A stretch of 64,000 nucleotides of DNA, from contig CAJKAR010000021.1 of assembly GCA_905197955.1 (NCBI GenBank), positions 7,763 to 71,762 on the forward strand, written 5' to 3'. Numbering within the stretch: the first letter of the stretch is position 1; every line of letters starts with the position of its first letter. The notes beneath the pieces were generated by a model, which worked only from the letters and a program-made list of their open reading frames with translations, had not been told where the DNA came from and ran no database searches. Shown here in pieces: positions 47,550-56,616 of the stretch. A program made the translations under genes and the position numbers. This DNA comes from an uncultured Lentisphaeria bacterium. Its GTDB lineage: Bacteria > Verrucomicrobiota > Lentisphaeria > Victivallales > UBA1829.

Positions 47550-48440
47550 ATGATTCGTTACGCGATTTCCATGTCTTCCATCGGACCGGATTTATCGGAA
47601 GAATGGATCCAGGCCTTCCGCAACGCCAGGATCAAAAATATCGAGGTCATCGTCGGGAGTTTTCTGGAATCCTCCGAACACGCGCAAGCCAATCTGGAAC
47701 TCTTCCGCCGGATGCTGGATGAAAATGTGGTGCGGGTAGAGAGTACCCATCTGCCCTTTGCGCCTTCCGAAAAGTGGGAAATCTCGCTGCCGGAGGAAAG
47801 CTGCCGAAAAGCCGTGATTGACAATATCCGGCGAGTTGCGGATCGCTATCCCTTCCTCTTCCGCAGGAATCTGACCGTTCACTCCAGTCTGGAACCCATC
47901 CGGAATGAGGAACGGCAGCTCCGCATCCGGCAGGCGTGCCGCAGTATTGAGGAGCTGCTTCCGCTCACGGAGAAACTCGGACTCTCCCTCAATGTGGAGT
48001 ACCTTCCGCGCACCTGCATCGGCAACCGGGAAGAGGATCTGCTGGAAATCACATCCAAATTCAAACCGGAAGAAGTCGGCATCTGCATGGATGTCAATCA
48101 TGTGATGAGCCGTCATGCGGAACTTCCGCAGATCATCGAAACGCTCTCGCCGCGCATCAGGACCTTCCATCTCTCCGACTACGATGGAGTCGACGAACGC
48201 CACTGGTACATCGGTCAGGGACTCATCGACTGGTGCGCCGTTATGCAGAAAATCCGCGCGATCGACCATGATGTTCTCCTGATCTTCGAAACCCGCTGCA
48301 CCCTCCAGGGCGGCGAATGGGGACGGTCCCTCTGCCATCCCTCCTTTGCCATCCGTCAGGCGGAACGCGATGCCTTCCATCTCGAAAACTGCGAATCGCT
48401 TCAGCCCGCCTTCGAAACCTTCCGTGTTCCTGGCAACTGA
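47550..48440 (+). CDS. Sugar phosphate isomerase/epimerase (xylose isomerase-like TIM barrel)
   Basis: 296 aa. TAAGGAG RBS. Conserved acidic/His positions (NVEYLP, MDVNH, HLSDYDG). Confidence 0.65.
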   Translation: MIRYAISMSSIGPDLSEEWIQAFRNARIKNIEVIVGSFLESSEHAQANLELFRRMLDENVVRVESTHLPFAPSEKWEISLPEESCRKAVIDNIRRVADRYPFLFRRNLTVHSSLEPIRNEERQLRIRQACRSIEELLPLTEKLGLSLNVEYLPRTCIGNREEDLLEITSKFKPEEVGICMDVNHVMSRHAELPQIIETLSPRIRTFHLSDYDGVDERHWYIGQGLIDWCAVMQKIRAIDHDVLLIFETRCTLQGGEWGRSLCHPSFAIRQAERDAFHLENCESLQPAFETFRVPGN

Positions 48441-48457
48441 ATCCCCCTTCCCTGACA

Positions 48458-48495
48458 CAAAAAAGCCGCCGGATATTCCGGCGGCTTTTCTTTTT
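48458..48495. terminator. Bidirectional rho-independent terminator
   Basis: GCCGCCGGA (48465-48473) / TCCGGCGGC (48477-48485), with A-run and T-run flanks. It sits between convergent genes. Confidence 0.85.
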
Positions 48496-48542
48496 CTCCG
48501 GCAGGAACCCCACTCGATCCCCGCCCGAAAACTGGGACAAAA

Positions 48543-49295
48543 TTACATTGCGAATTTTTCTCCCAGATACACAGCACGGGCTTCCGGATTGTTCACCAGA
48601 TAATCCCGGTCGCCTTCACAGAGAATTTTTCCTTCGCTCATCAGATACGCGCGATCCACACACGAAAGAGTCTCACGCACATTGTGGTCGGTAATGAGAA
48701 TGCCAAGATTTTTCAGTTTCAGCTGTTCAATGATCTTCTGCACTTCATACACGGAAATCGGGTCAACGCCGCTGAAAGGTTCATCCAGCAGAATGAAAGA
48801 GGGATTCGTCACCAGAGCGCGCGTGATTTCCAGCCGGCGCCGCTCTCCACCGCTCAAGGTCATGGCTTTCTGCTTGGCAAGATGCGAAAGTTCCAGCTCA
48901 TTCAGAAGTTTCACAAGGCGCTCCTTGCGTTCCCGGCGGGAAATCGCCAGTGTCTCAAGAATCGCCATAATGTTTTCCTCGACGGTCAGTTTTCGAAAAA
49001 TCGAAGGATCCTGCGCCAGATATCCCATTCCCATACGGGCGCGAACATACATTGGTTCCTGGGAAATATCAATGCCCTTGAAAATGATCGTCCCCTCATC
49101 GGGTTTAATCAGTCCCATAATCATATAGAAACTGGTTGTCTTCCCGGCGCCGTTCGGACCGAGCAGGCCGACGACTTCTCCGCTCCGCACATTGATATTC
49201 ACATCGGAAACAACCGTTCTGCCCTTATAGGATTTTTTCAGCCCGCGGGCATCCATCAGCAATTCATCGTTTTCAGGCATGGTCCGCTCCTGCAT
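48543..49295 (-). CDS. lptB: LPS export ABC transporter ATP-binding protein
   Basis: Walker A GPNGAGKTT, signature LSGGERRR, Walker B ILLDEP. Its position after lptA supports the call. An alternative start lies at 49280. Confidence 0.92.
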   Translation of the reverse strand: MQERTMPENDELLMDARGLKKSYKGRTVVSDVNINVRSGEVVGLLGPNGAGKTTSFYMIMGLIKPDEGTIIFKGIDISQEPMYVRARMGMGYLAQDPSIFRKLTVEENIMAILETLAISRRERKERLVKLLNELELSHLAKQKAMTLSGGERRRLEITRALVTNPSFILLDEPFSGVDPISVYEVQKIIEQLKLKNLGILITDHNVRETLSCVDRAYLMSEGKILCEGDRDYLVNNPEARAVYLGEKFAM

Positions 49296-49942
49296 TATTT
49301 CTGTAAAGACTTGGAATCGAAATCGGTGGTTGTCGCGGTCGCATTGACGATCGTAATGCGTTCCGATTCGGTATACAGCGTAATTTTTTCGCCCTGAATC
49401 CGGGATTTTCCTTTAATGACAATCGGCTTGTCCATAAGCTCAATCGTCCCTTCGGCAAAATTGTAGACGGCCTTTCCGGCGAGCGCCTTCTGCTCCTCAC
49501 CGTTGGAAAGAAGCGCCTTGCGGGTGATGACCACATCCTCCACACACTCGATCCGGGAAAGTTTCTTGCCGGCGACAGGATCCTCCTCCGCCGCGGAATC
49601 TTTCGGCGACTCTTTCTTTCCGGCGGCAGTCTTTTTCTCCGGCAGCGCACTCTTTGAATCCGCTGTCTTGGCGCCCTTCTCTTCCGCTTTTTCGTCCACA
49701 AGATAAATGGTCATTTTCCGACATGTAATCGTCATTTCCGGATCGTCAACCACCACATTGCCCATGAAAGTGGCTTTGTTGTTTGCAATGTCAATGTCCA
49801 TGGCATCGGCATTGATCACAGTAGGAGTATCTTTCCGGTCAACGCGGTTCGCCTTTGCGGTGCTGAACAGCGAAAGCTGGGCCGAAACCGGAATCTGCGC
49901 CAGCAGAAACAATGCGGATGCGATAAGAATGATTTTTTTCAT
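49295..49942 (-). CDS. lptA: LptA-like periplasmic LPS transport protein (OstA N-terminal fold) with low-complexity insert
   Basis: Signal peptide MKKIILIASALFLLAQIPVSA. OstA-like strands (INADAMDIDIANNKATFMGNVVV). Its position between lptC and lptB supports the call. ATGA overlap with lptC. Confidence 0.75.
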   Translation of the reverse strand: MKKIILIASALFLLAQIPVSAQLSLFSTAKANRVDRKDTPTVINADAMDIDIANNKATFMGNVVVDDPEMTITCRKMTIYLVDEKAEEKGAKTADSKSALPEKKTAAGKKESPKDSAAEEDPVAGKKLSRIECVEDVVITRKALLSNGEEQKALAGKAVYNFAEGTIELMDKPIVIKGKSRIQGEKITLYTESERITIVNATATTTDFDSKSLQK

Positions 49943-50520
49943 TTTGCCTCTTGTGGTTTGGTTGTTTTTTCCGATGAAGTCTTCTCCGCTTTTCTCCGGA
50001 CCTCCGGACGGATAATCACTTTCACTTTGCTGCGGATATGCACGAATTTCTTCTCGTATTCCGCATCGAAACCGACTCCCTGAATATCCATTTCACGGGA
50101 CCGGAGCTCCGTCAGGGAATCCCCGCGCAGCATCTTTGTATTTTTATCGTAGACGGCGCGTTCCGATGTGATAAACGCCAGCGAATGCGGATATTTTTTC
50201 CAGAAATTCTTCACCTCTTCCGCATCCGCGCCGAAACGGTACATCGGCTGATTCAGAATCGGCTTCACCTCTGTAATATCCCGGACATCCTTCTTCACCA
50301 TATCCAGAATCGGGTTCCGAAGATTGATGAACGCCCCAAGGTTCTCCGCCTTCTTTCCATACAGAATAAACTGAAGTTTCCCACCCTTGCGGTATTCCGG
50401 CAGAGCGAAATCCTCCATGGCGGCGGAAGTTCCGGTCCCCTGCGCAAAAACAACTGCGGAAGAAAGAAGGATTGCTCCGAAGATCAAAGATCGAAATATT
50501 TTTTCATCAAAGTATCCCAT
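49939..50520 (-). CDS. lptC: LptC-like protein
   Basis: 193 aa. Single N-terminal TM helix. Sits between kdsC and lptA. Overlaps the kdsC 3' end by 37 nt. Confidence 0.6.
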   Translation of the reverse strand: MGYFDEKIFRSLIFGAILLSSAVVFAQGTGTSAAMEDFALPEYRKGGKLQFILYGKKAENLGAFINLRNPILDMVKKDVRDITEVKPILNQPMYRFGADAEEVKNFWKKYPHSLAFITSERAVYDKNTKMLRGDSLTELRSREMDIQGVGFDAEYEKKFVHIRSKVKVIIRPEVRRKAEKTSSEKTTKPQEAK

Positions 50521-51011
50521 TTGCCCTGCTCTTTCAGTAAAAGTTCGATTGCCTCCCGGACGGCTCCCGCGCCGCCAGGATGTTTTGTCCGGTAATCCGC
50601 CACGCGGTCAAGCTCCGGAACCCCATCTCCTACGACAACAGAAAAGCCGCAAAGTTCCATCGGACGGGCATCCACGACATCATCTCCTATGTACATGCAC
50701 TCTTCCGGTTTCAGATTTCTTTCCCGGAAAATCCGCAGAATCCCTTCGTGCTTGTCCAGCACCCCGGAATAAATAAAATCCATGTGCAGATCGCGCATCC
50801 GGCTGTTGTTGGCATCGCAGGCCCGTCCGGAAAGCACCCCCGTGCAGATCCCGGCTCGCTGCGCCAGACGGACGGCATGGCCATCCCGGACATGAAAGAA
50901 TTTGATCTCCTGATCGGAGCCGCATCCATATCCGATCCGCCCATCGGTGAGGACGCCGTCGATATCAAAAATAATCGTTGTGACAGGAAGGATTTTTTCA
51001 CGCAATGTCAT
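50484..51011 (-). CDS. kdsC: 3-deoxy-D-manno-octulosonate 8-phosphate phosphatase (HAD)
   Basis: HAD motif [11 protein letters not shown] and later YIGDDVVD. 175 aa. Confidence 0.9.
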   Translation of the reverse strand: MTLREKILPVTTIIFDIDGVLTDGRIGYGCGSDQEIKFFHVRDGHAVRLAQRAGICTGVLSGRACDANNSRMRDLHMDFIYSGVLDKHEGILRIFRERNLKPEECMYIGDDVVDARPMELCGFSVVVGDGVPELDRVADYRTKHPGGAGAVREAIELLLKEQGKWDTLMKKYFDL

Positions 51012-51807
51012 GGATCTGTTTCACTTTCGCCAAAAGTTGTTCCGTCTGTTCGAGGGGGAGCGAATTTGCGCCGTCGGAAAGCGCCTTGTCGGGATTCGGA
51101 TGGACCTCCATGAAAATCGCGTCGATTCCCACAGCGGCAGCAGCGCGGGAAAGAGCCGGAATAAACTGACGCTGTCCGCCGGAACAGCTTCCAAGTCCTC
51201 CGGGCAGCTGAACCGAATGGGTCGCGTCGAACACCACCGGCACTCCGAATTCGCGCATGGTCTGAAGACCACGGAAATCAACCGCCAGATTGTGATAGCC
51301 GAATGTAGTGCCGCGTTCCGTCAGAAGAATGCCGCGGCATCCGGCATCCTGCAGTTTGCCAACGACCCCTTTCATATCTTCCGGCGCCAGAAACTGCCCT
51401 TTTTTGACGTTGACCGGAAGACCCGTTGCGGCCGAAGCAAGAAGCAGATCCGTCTGACGACAGAGAAACGCGGGAATCTGGAGCAGATCCACTACTTCTG
51501 CCGCGACTTTCGCCTGCCATGATTCATGAATATCGGTCACCACCGGCACATGAAATCTTTTTTTCACCTCGGCAAGGATTTCAAGTCCCTTGTCGATACC
51601 GGGACCGCGGAACGACGTACCGGAAGAACGGTTTGCCTTGTCGAACGACGCCTTGAACACGTATCCAAGGGAAAGTTTCCGGCAGACCGCCGACATCTTC
51701 TCCGCCACTTCCAGACAGAGATCCAGCGACTCCGCCACACACGGTCCGACCAGCACAGCAAGATTTCCCGTTCCGATTTCCACACGTCCAACAGTTGCGA
51801 TCCGCAT
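50998..51807 (-). CDS. kdsA: 2-dehydro-3-deoxyphosphooctonate aldolase (KDO8P synthase)
   Basis: Blocks [17 protein letters not shown] and [12 protein letters not shown]. The track start is 51819. I prefer the ATG at 51807 because GGAGGAA lies 5 nt upstream. Confidence 0.92.
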   Translation of the reverse strand: MRIATVGRVEIGTGNLAVLVGPCVAESLDLCLEVAEKMSAVCRKLSLGYVFKASFDKANRSSGTSFRGPGIDKGLEILAEVKKRFHVPVVTDIHESWQAKVAAEVVDLLQIPAFLCRQTDLLLASAATGLPVNVKKGQFLAPEDMKGVVGKLQDAGCRGILLTERGTTFGYHNLAVDFRGLQTMREFGVPVVFDATHSVQLPGGLGSCSGGQRQFIPALSRAAAAVGIDAIFMEVHPNPDKALSDGANSLPLEQTEQLLAKVKQIHDIA

Positions 51808-51940
51808 AAGTTCCTCCATAAAATTTCAGAGTGTAATATAAAGCACAATCGACGGAAACGCAACCTGTTTTTCACGTTTTCGGTCTTGAATCTTGCATCA
51901 AAACACGTTATTGTAATAAAAAAACGTAAGGATTTTTACT

Positions 51941-53131
51941 ATGAGTCTTGTCAGTTCGGAAATTAACGGTTACATGGCGAATTCCTCCTGGATCAGAAAA
52001 ATGTTCGAGGCGGGAATTGAGCTGAAGAAAAAATATGGTGCGGATGCGGTCTGCGATTTCAGTCTGGGAAATCCCGATCTCCCTCCGCCGCAGACGGTCA
52101 AACAGGCTCTTTTTGAGATCGCGGAACAGGCAGATCAGCCCTTCGCGCTCGGCTATATGCCGAACGCCGGATTTACGGATGTCCGGGAAATTGTGGCAAA
52201 AAAGGTCTCCGAAGAGCAGAATACCACGTTGCCCGGTTCCCATATCATCATGTCCTGCGGAGCCGCGGGCGGACTCAATTCCCTGTTCCGCGCGATTCTT
52301 CAGCCGGGAGATGAAGTGATCTGTCCCTCGCCCTACTTCGTTGAATACGCATTCTATGCGGGGAACTTCGGAGCAAAACTGATCCCCGTTGCCTCACGAG
52401 ATTTCACGTTTGAACTGGATATTGATGGACTCATCGCGGCGGTCACACCGAAAACACGCGCAGTCATTCTGAACTCTCCCCACAACCCCACCGGACAGAT
52501 CTATTCCCGCAAGGAACTGGAGGAATTCGGAGCGCGTCTTCTGGAAGCGGCAAAGAAAAACGGGCGTGAGATCTGCCTCATTGCGGATGAACCCTATCGA
52601 TTCCTCAATTTTGATTCTGTTGAAATTCCGTCGCTGTTCTCGGTCTACCCGAACAGTGTGGTCATCGGTTCCTACTCCAAGAATCTCTCTCTTGCCGGAG
52701 AGCGAATCGGCTATGTGGCGGTCAATCCGGCAATGGAGTGCGCGAATGAACTGCTGAAAGCGGTCACGCTGACAACCCGGATCCTCGGATTCGTCAATGC
52801 ACCGAACATCGCGCAGCAGATTCTGAAGCACTGCGTCAACAGCCAGGTTGATCTGGAAATCTACCGCGAACGCCGGGCGGCCATGGCAAAAGTTCTCACG
52901 GATGCGGGAATCGAATATACCATGCCGCGGGGAGCGTTTTACTTCTTCCCGCGTTCGCCGCTGGCGGATGAAGGGAAATTCATCGAAAAACTGGTAGAGG
53001 AACGGATTCTGGCGGTTCCGGGACGCGGATTCGGGTGTCCCGGATATTTCCGTCTGGCTTTCTGCGTCGGCAAGGAGATCATCGAACGCTCCGCTGAAGG
53101 ATTCAAGCGAGCTGTTCGGGCGTGCAAATAA
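51941..53131 (+). CDS. Class I PLP-dependent aminotransferase (aspartate/alanine type)
   Basis: 396 aa. PLP lysine context SYSKNLSLAGERIGY, plus NPHNPTG and DEPY blocks. Confidence 0.85.
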   Translation: MSLVSSEINGYMANSSWIRKMFEAGIELKKKYGADAVCDFSLGNPDLPPPQTVKQALFEIAEQADQPFALGYMPNAGFTDVREIVAKKVSEEQNTTLPGSHIIMSCGAAGGLNSLFRAILQPGDEVICPSPYFVEYAFYAGNFGAKLIPVASRDFTFELDIDGLIAAVTPKTRAVILNSPHNPTGQIYSRKELEEFGARLLEAAKKNGREICLIADEPYRFLNFDSVEIPSLFSVYPNSVVIGSYSKNLSLAGERIGYVAVNPAMECANELLKAVTLTTRILGFVNAPNIAQQILKHCVNSQVDLEIYRERRAAMAKVLTDAGIEYTMPRGAFYFFPRSPLADEGKFIEKLVEERILAVPGRGFGCPGYFRLAFCVGKEIIERSAEGFKRAVRACK

Positions 53132-53150
53132 ACGTAAATGGATGGAATCG

Positions 53151-53191
53151 GCTCCGGAGATCTTTCGAAGAGATCCGGAGCTGTTTTTTTT
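53151..53191 (+). terminator. Rho-independent terminator
   Basis: GCTCCGGAGATCT (53151-53163) / AGATCCGGAGC (53171-53181), followed by T8. Confidence 0.9.
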
Positions 53192-53266
53192 ATTTTTTGC
53201 GGTCTCCGGTCTGAGCTTTCCGCAGGGGATTTCCACCAAAAAAGCATCCGTTTTTTCGATTCCGGC

Positions 53267-53295
53267 TTGAATCGGAGACAAAAAAATGATATAGT
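53267..53295 (+). promoter_or_regulatory. Candidate sigma70 promoter (TTGAAT-N17-TATAGT)
   Basis: TTGAAT at 53267-53272 and TATAGT at 53290-53295, 34 nt upstream of the ATG at 53329. Confidence 0.4.
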
Positions 53296-53328
53296 ATAGT
53301 TTGTCAAGATTCCAGAACAATCACTAAC

Positions 53329-54618
53329 ATGGGACAACGAATCATGAACGCGGTCAATTACAGCAATTTGTCAAAGGAGCAGTTGCAGGCATGCCGGGCG
53401 AAACTCGAAGAGGAATATGCCGGGTATGTGAAACAGAATCTGAAACTCGACATGTCTCGCGGGAAACCCGCCGGGACACAGCTCGACCTCACTAACGGAG
53501 TCCTTGACGCTCTCGACAATTATAAAACTGCCGATGGAACCGACGCTCGAAATTACGGTCTGCTCGACGGAATCCCCGAAGCCAAAGCTCTCTTTTCCGA
53601 ACTGCTGAACATTCCGCAGGAAAAACTCATCATCGGCGGAAACTCCAGTCTGAACATGATGTACGATTCGGTGGTCCGTCTTTACATTTTCGGAACGCAT
53701 GGACACACTCCGTGGGGAAAACTGCCGAAAATCAAATTCCTCTGTCCGAGCCCCGGATATGACCGCCACTTCGGAATCTGTGAAGATCTCGGAATTGAAA
53801 TGATCACCATTCCCATGCTGGAAGATGGTCCGGATATGGATATGGTCGAAAAACTTGCGGCCGAAGATGAGCTCATCAAAGGAATCTGGTGCGTCCCGCT
53901 CTATTCCAATCCGCAGGGAATCTGTTACAGTGACAAGGTTGTGGAACGTCTCGCTTCCATGAAAGCTGCTCCCGATTTCCGCATCTTCTGGGACAACGCA
54001 TACGGGGTGCATCATATCTATTCGGAAGAGAAAGTTGCAGATATTTTCACGGCTTGTGAAAAAGCCGGAAATCCGGATCGTCCGTTCTACTTCTTCTCCA
54101 CTTCCAAAATCACATTCCCCGGTGCCGGCGTTGCACTTCTGGCTTCCAGCGTTTCCAACGTTGCCGAGATCAAGAAGCATATGAGCATCCAGACCATCGG
54201 TCCCGACAAGCTGAACCAGCTCCGGACCATCCGCTATCTCAAAAATGCGGAAGGCGTCCGGGAACACATGAGAAAACTCGCGGCGGAACTCCGTCCGAAA
54301 TTCGATATCGTGCTGAACACCCTTCAGCGTGAACTCGCCGGAACCGGACTTGCTACATGGACGAAACCGAAAGGCGGTTATTTCATTGCGATTGATACTC
54401 TTGACAACTGTGCAAAAGAGACTGTCGCTCTTGCAAAAAAGGCTGGCGTGGTCCTCACCGGCGCAGGCGCCACATTCCCCTACAAACGCGATCCGAGAGA
54501 CAGAAACATTCGTATCGCGCCGACCTATCCAACCGTGGATGAACTGCAGAAAGCTATCGAACTCTTCTGTGTCTGCGTGAAACTTGCTGGTGTCAACAAA
54601 CTGCTCGAAAGCAAATAA
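53329..54618 (+). CDS. PLP-dependent aminotransferase (fold type I, second family)
   Basis: 429 aa. Blocks LDMSRGKP, GYDRHF and FSTSKITFPGAGVA (PLP lysine). This is a different subfamily from the upstream aminotransferase. An alternative start lies at 53344. Confidence 0.75.
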   Translation: MGQRIMNAVNYSNLSKEQLQACRAKLEEEYAGYVKQNLKLDMSRGKPAGTQLDLTNGVLDALDNYKTADGTDARNYGLLDGIPEAKALFSELLNIPQEKLIIGGNSSLNMMYDSVVRLYIFGTHGHTPWGKLPKIKFLCPSPGYDRHFGICEDLGIEMITIPMLEDGPDMDMVEKLAAEDELIKGIWCVPLYSNPQGICYSDKVVERLASMKAAPDFRIFWDNAYGVHHIYSEEKVADIFTACEKAGNPDRPFYFFSTSKITFPGAGVALLASSVSNVAEIKKHMSIQTIGPDKLNQLRTIRYLKNAEGVREHMRKLAAELRPKFDIVLNTLQRELAGTGLATWTKPKGGYFIAIDTLDNCAKETVALAKKAGVVLTGAGATFPYKRDPRDRNIRIAPTYPTVDELQKAIELFCVCVKLAGVNKLLESK

Positions 54619-54640
54619 AACGTAAATTTCCGTTTTTCAA

Positions 54641-54669
54641 AGGACCGTCTATATGGCGGTCCTTTTTTT
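54641..54669 (+). terminator. Rho-independent terminator
   Basis: AGGACCG (54641-54647) / CGGTCCT (54657-54663), followed by T7. Confidence 0.85.
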
Positions 54670-54770
54670 ATGCGAGAGGAGAAAACCGCTTTGAAAAGCT
54701 GTTCTTCTCCCCTCGCGCTCCTCTCTTTCCCCAAACTTTTGACGCCTTTTGCGTTTTCTCGCAAAGGCTC
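54670..54770. repeat. 101-bp hairpin-rich repeat, copy 1
   Basis: 97 of 101 positions match the copy at 54922-55022 (offset 252 bp). Contains two internal inverted repeats. Confidence 0.95.
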
Positions 54771-54914
54771 CTTCTTCGTAGGTATCGCTTCAGACGTTGA
54801 TGCGGAAATCTTTTGGACAGAAAAATGCGTCAGCATTTTTCTCGGGTCAAGGACTGTGTCCTTGTCGCGGTCCAGCGGCGAGACGCTGGTCGTGCATAGC
54901 ACGAAACGCTTTTT

Positions 54915-54968
54915 ATAAAAAATGCGAGAGGAGCAAACCGCTTTGAAAAGCGGTTCTTCTCCCCTCGC
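54915..54968 (-). terminator. Probable terminator of the 55051-56538 gene, formed by hairpin 1 of repeat copy 2
   Basis: Read on the minus strand, the ~45-nt hairpin is followed by ATTTTTTAT. It lies 83 nt downstream of the stop codon. Confidence 0.5.
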
Positions 54969-55022
54969 GCTCCTCTCTTTCCCTAAACTTTTGACGCCTT
55001 TTGCGTTTTCACGCAAAGGCTC
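54922..55022. repeat. 101-bp hairpin-rich repeat, copy 2
   Basis: Direct repeat of 54670-54770. Hairpin 1 is GCGAGAGGAG (54924-54933) / CTCCCCTCGC (54959-54968), with inner AACCGCTTT/AAAGCGGTT. Hairpin 2 is GCCTTTTGCG (54996-55005) / CGCAAAGGC (55012-55020). Confidence 0.95.
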
Positions 55023-55050
55023 AAAGTAAAAGAGAGACTAAGCTGTCGGC

Positions 55051-56538
55051 TTACTCTTTTTTATCCAGCTTTCGAATCCACTCTTCCAGCTTTTTGGCGG
55101 CAAGATCACGACCGCCGAGTCCGAATGCAAGAGCAACTGCAACGCAAACAGCACCGAGCAGAAGCATGAAAGCCATTTCCACAATCGCACCGCCGATATT
55201 CATATTGTTGATTGCAATCGCGCCGGTAAAGACCAGAACAGCAATCCGGACGATCATGGAAAGAACCTCACTCCCTTTCCCCTTCACAGCATCAGCGGCA
55301 AGGTTGGAAAGATAGATTCCCACCAGCAGGACAATGATTCCGATGATGATGTTGCCGCCAAACACCAGGAATGTACGGAGCAAAGCGGAAAACGCATCGA
55401 AATCCAGAATGTCGGATGCCATAATCAGAGCGAAAAAGATGATCGCGACAAACGAGATCTTTCCAACCACGACCGACGGCAAAGCCGCCTTATCCTCGTT
55501 TTTGGAAGCGAATCCCAAAGTAGCCATCAACTTGTTGAATCCGAAGTTCTCCAAGATCTGAGAGACGATTCCGGAAACAAATCCTCCAACCAGAAAAGCC
55601 AGAAAGATCAGAAGCGCCGCTCCGAGAATATCCCCCGCGGCATTCAGCAGCTTGCTGAAGAATCCCGCAACAGAATCCGACAACGACTGAATTCTCAACG
55701 CAGTCAGCGAGGAGATAATCACGGGAATCGCCACAAGCACATAGGCAACAATTCCCACCATCGAAGAGATCCCCTTGTCGCCGAACACCTTGGACACGCC
55801 AACCTTTTTGCCGAGGTCATCCAGCCTGGAAACCTGAATCAGCCCGGTCACAGCCTTGCGCACGATTTTTGCCGCCAGCAAGCCTATAAACAGAATCGCC
55901 GCAGCAGCAATCAGATTCGGAATGTATTCCAGTATTTTGGTAAACATCAGCTGAATCGGATCCGTGATCCCGTAAATTTTCAGAGCCCGCAGAATGGACG
56001 GCAGGAAAAACAGAAGCACAACCCAGTAAACCACTTCCGCAACAATTCCACTGACGGGTTTGCCATCTTTGGACTCCACATGAGCGGCGAATTTCTTATC
56101 GAAGTCCATCATCCGCATTGCGGTTGTCGCGCCGTACTTGAGAACGGTAGCCACGATCCACGCGATGAATGCCAGAACCGCCGCGCCGATAATATTGGCG
56201 GCATATCCGGTCAATGCACCGACAAACTCCTTGATCGGTTCCGCCGCCTGCGTCAGCTTCATCGCGGTCAGACAGCCGAGAATCGCAAGCAGAAGAATCA
56301 GATAGTACACAACCCGTCCAAGAAATTTCCCAAGATTCGAAGACTGCAGCTCCGCCCCTTCCGGCAGACACTCGTCAATTTTCTTGCTGAGAGCAAAACG
56401 ATCCACCAGCTTCACCACCTGTCCGGATGCAAACACCGCAACAAGCCAGCCGACCAGAAGAACCAGAAGCCCCCAGATAATGTTGAGAACATTGCTCTCG
56501 ACAATCATCTTCCAGATGTTTTGGAAGAACTCTTCCAT
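55051..56538 (-). CDS. Multi-pass membrane protein with conserved-TM-helix repeats (MscS-associated type)
   Basis: About 495 aa. Repeated units of the type IPNLIAAAAILFIGLLAAKIVRKAVTGLI. ATG at 56538 with AGGAGG upstream. Confidence 0.6.
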   Translation of the reverse strand: MEEFFQNIWKMIVESNVLNIIWGLLVLLVGWLVAVFASGQVVKLVDRFALSKKIDECLPEGAELQSSNLGKFLGRVVYYLILLLAILGCLTAMKLTQAAEPIKEFVGALTGYAANIIGAAVLAFIAWIVATVLKYGATTAMRMMDFDKKFAAHVESKDGKPVSGIVAEVVYWVVLLFFLPSILRALKIYGITDPIQLMFTKILEYIPNLIAAAAILFIGLLAAKIVRKAVTGLIQVSRLDDLGKKVGVSKVFGDKGISSMVGIVAYVLVAIPVIISSLTALRIQSLSDSVAGFFSKLLNAAGDILGAALLIFLAFLVGGFVSGIVSQILENFGFNKLMATLGFASKNEDKAALPSVVVGKISFVAIIFFALIMASDILDFDAFSALLRTFLVFGGNIIIGIIVLLVGIYLSNLAADAVKGKGSEVLSMIVRIAVLVFTGAIAINNMNIGGAIVEMAFMLLLGAVCVAVALAFGLGGRDLAAKKLEEWIRKLDKKE

Positions 56539-56616
56539 TTTCTCTTCCTCCTTTATTTTATTTTTTATTACAAATCGCATCCGTTCTCTCCCCGGATGCG
56601 ACCGTTTTCTCTGTGT

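Noticed and set aside
53124-53142. Shared GCAAATAAA(A)CGTAAAT string spanning the stop codons of both aminotransferase genes (also at 54610-54629).
   Set aside because: It is about 15 nt, and the two proteins belong to different subfamilies with no other nucleotide similarity. This is most likely coincidence plus similar AT-rich stop contexts.
54525-55016. 163-aa minus-strand ORF with an internally repeated peptide (RENAKGVKSLGKERSARGEE...).
   Set aside because: The peptide repeat is simply the translation of the two 101-bp DNA repeats. The ORF also runs into the 3' end of the aminotransferase gene and has no RBS.
54670-55022. Possible CRISPR array.
   Set aside because: There are only two repeats, each 101 bp (far longer than CRISPR repeats), with a 151-bp spacer. 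No cas genes lie in the window.
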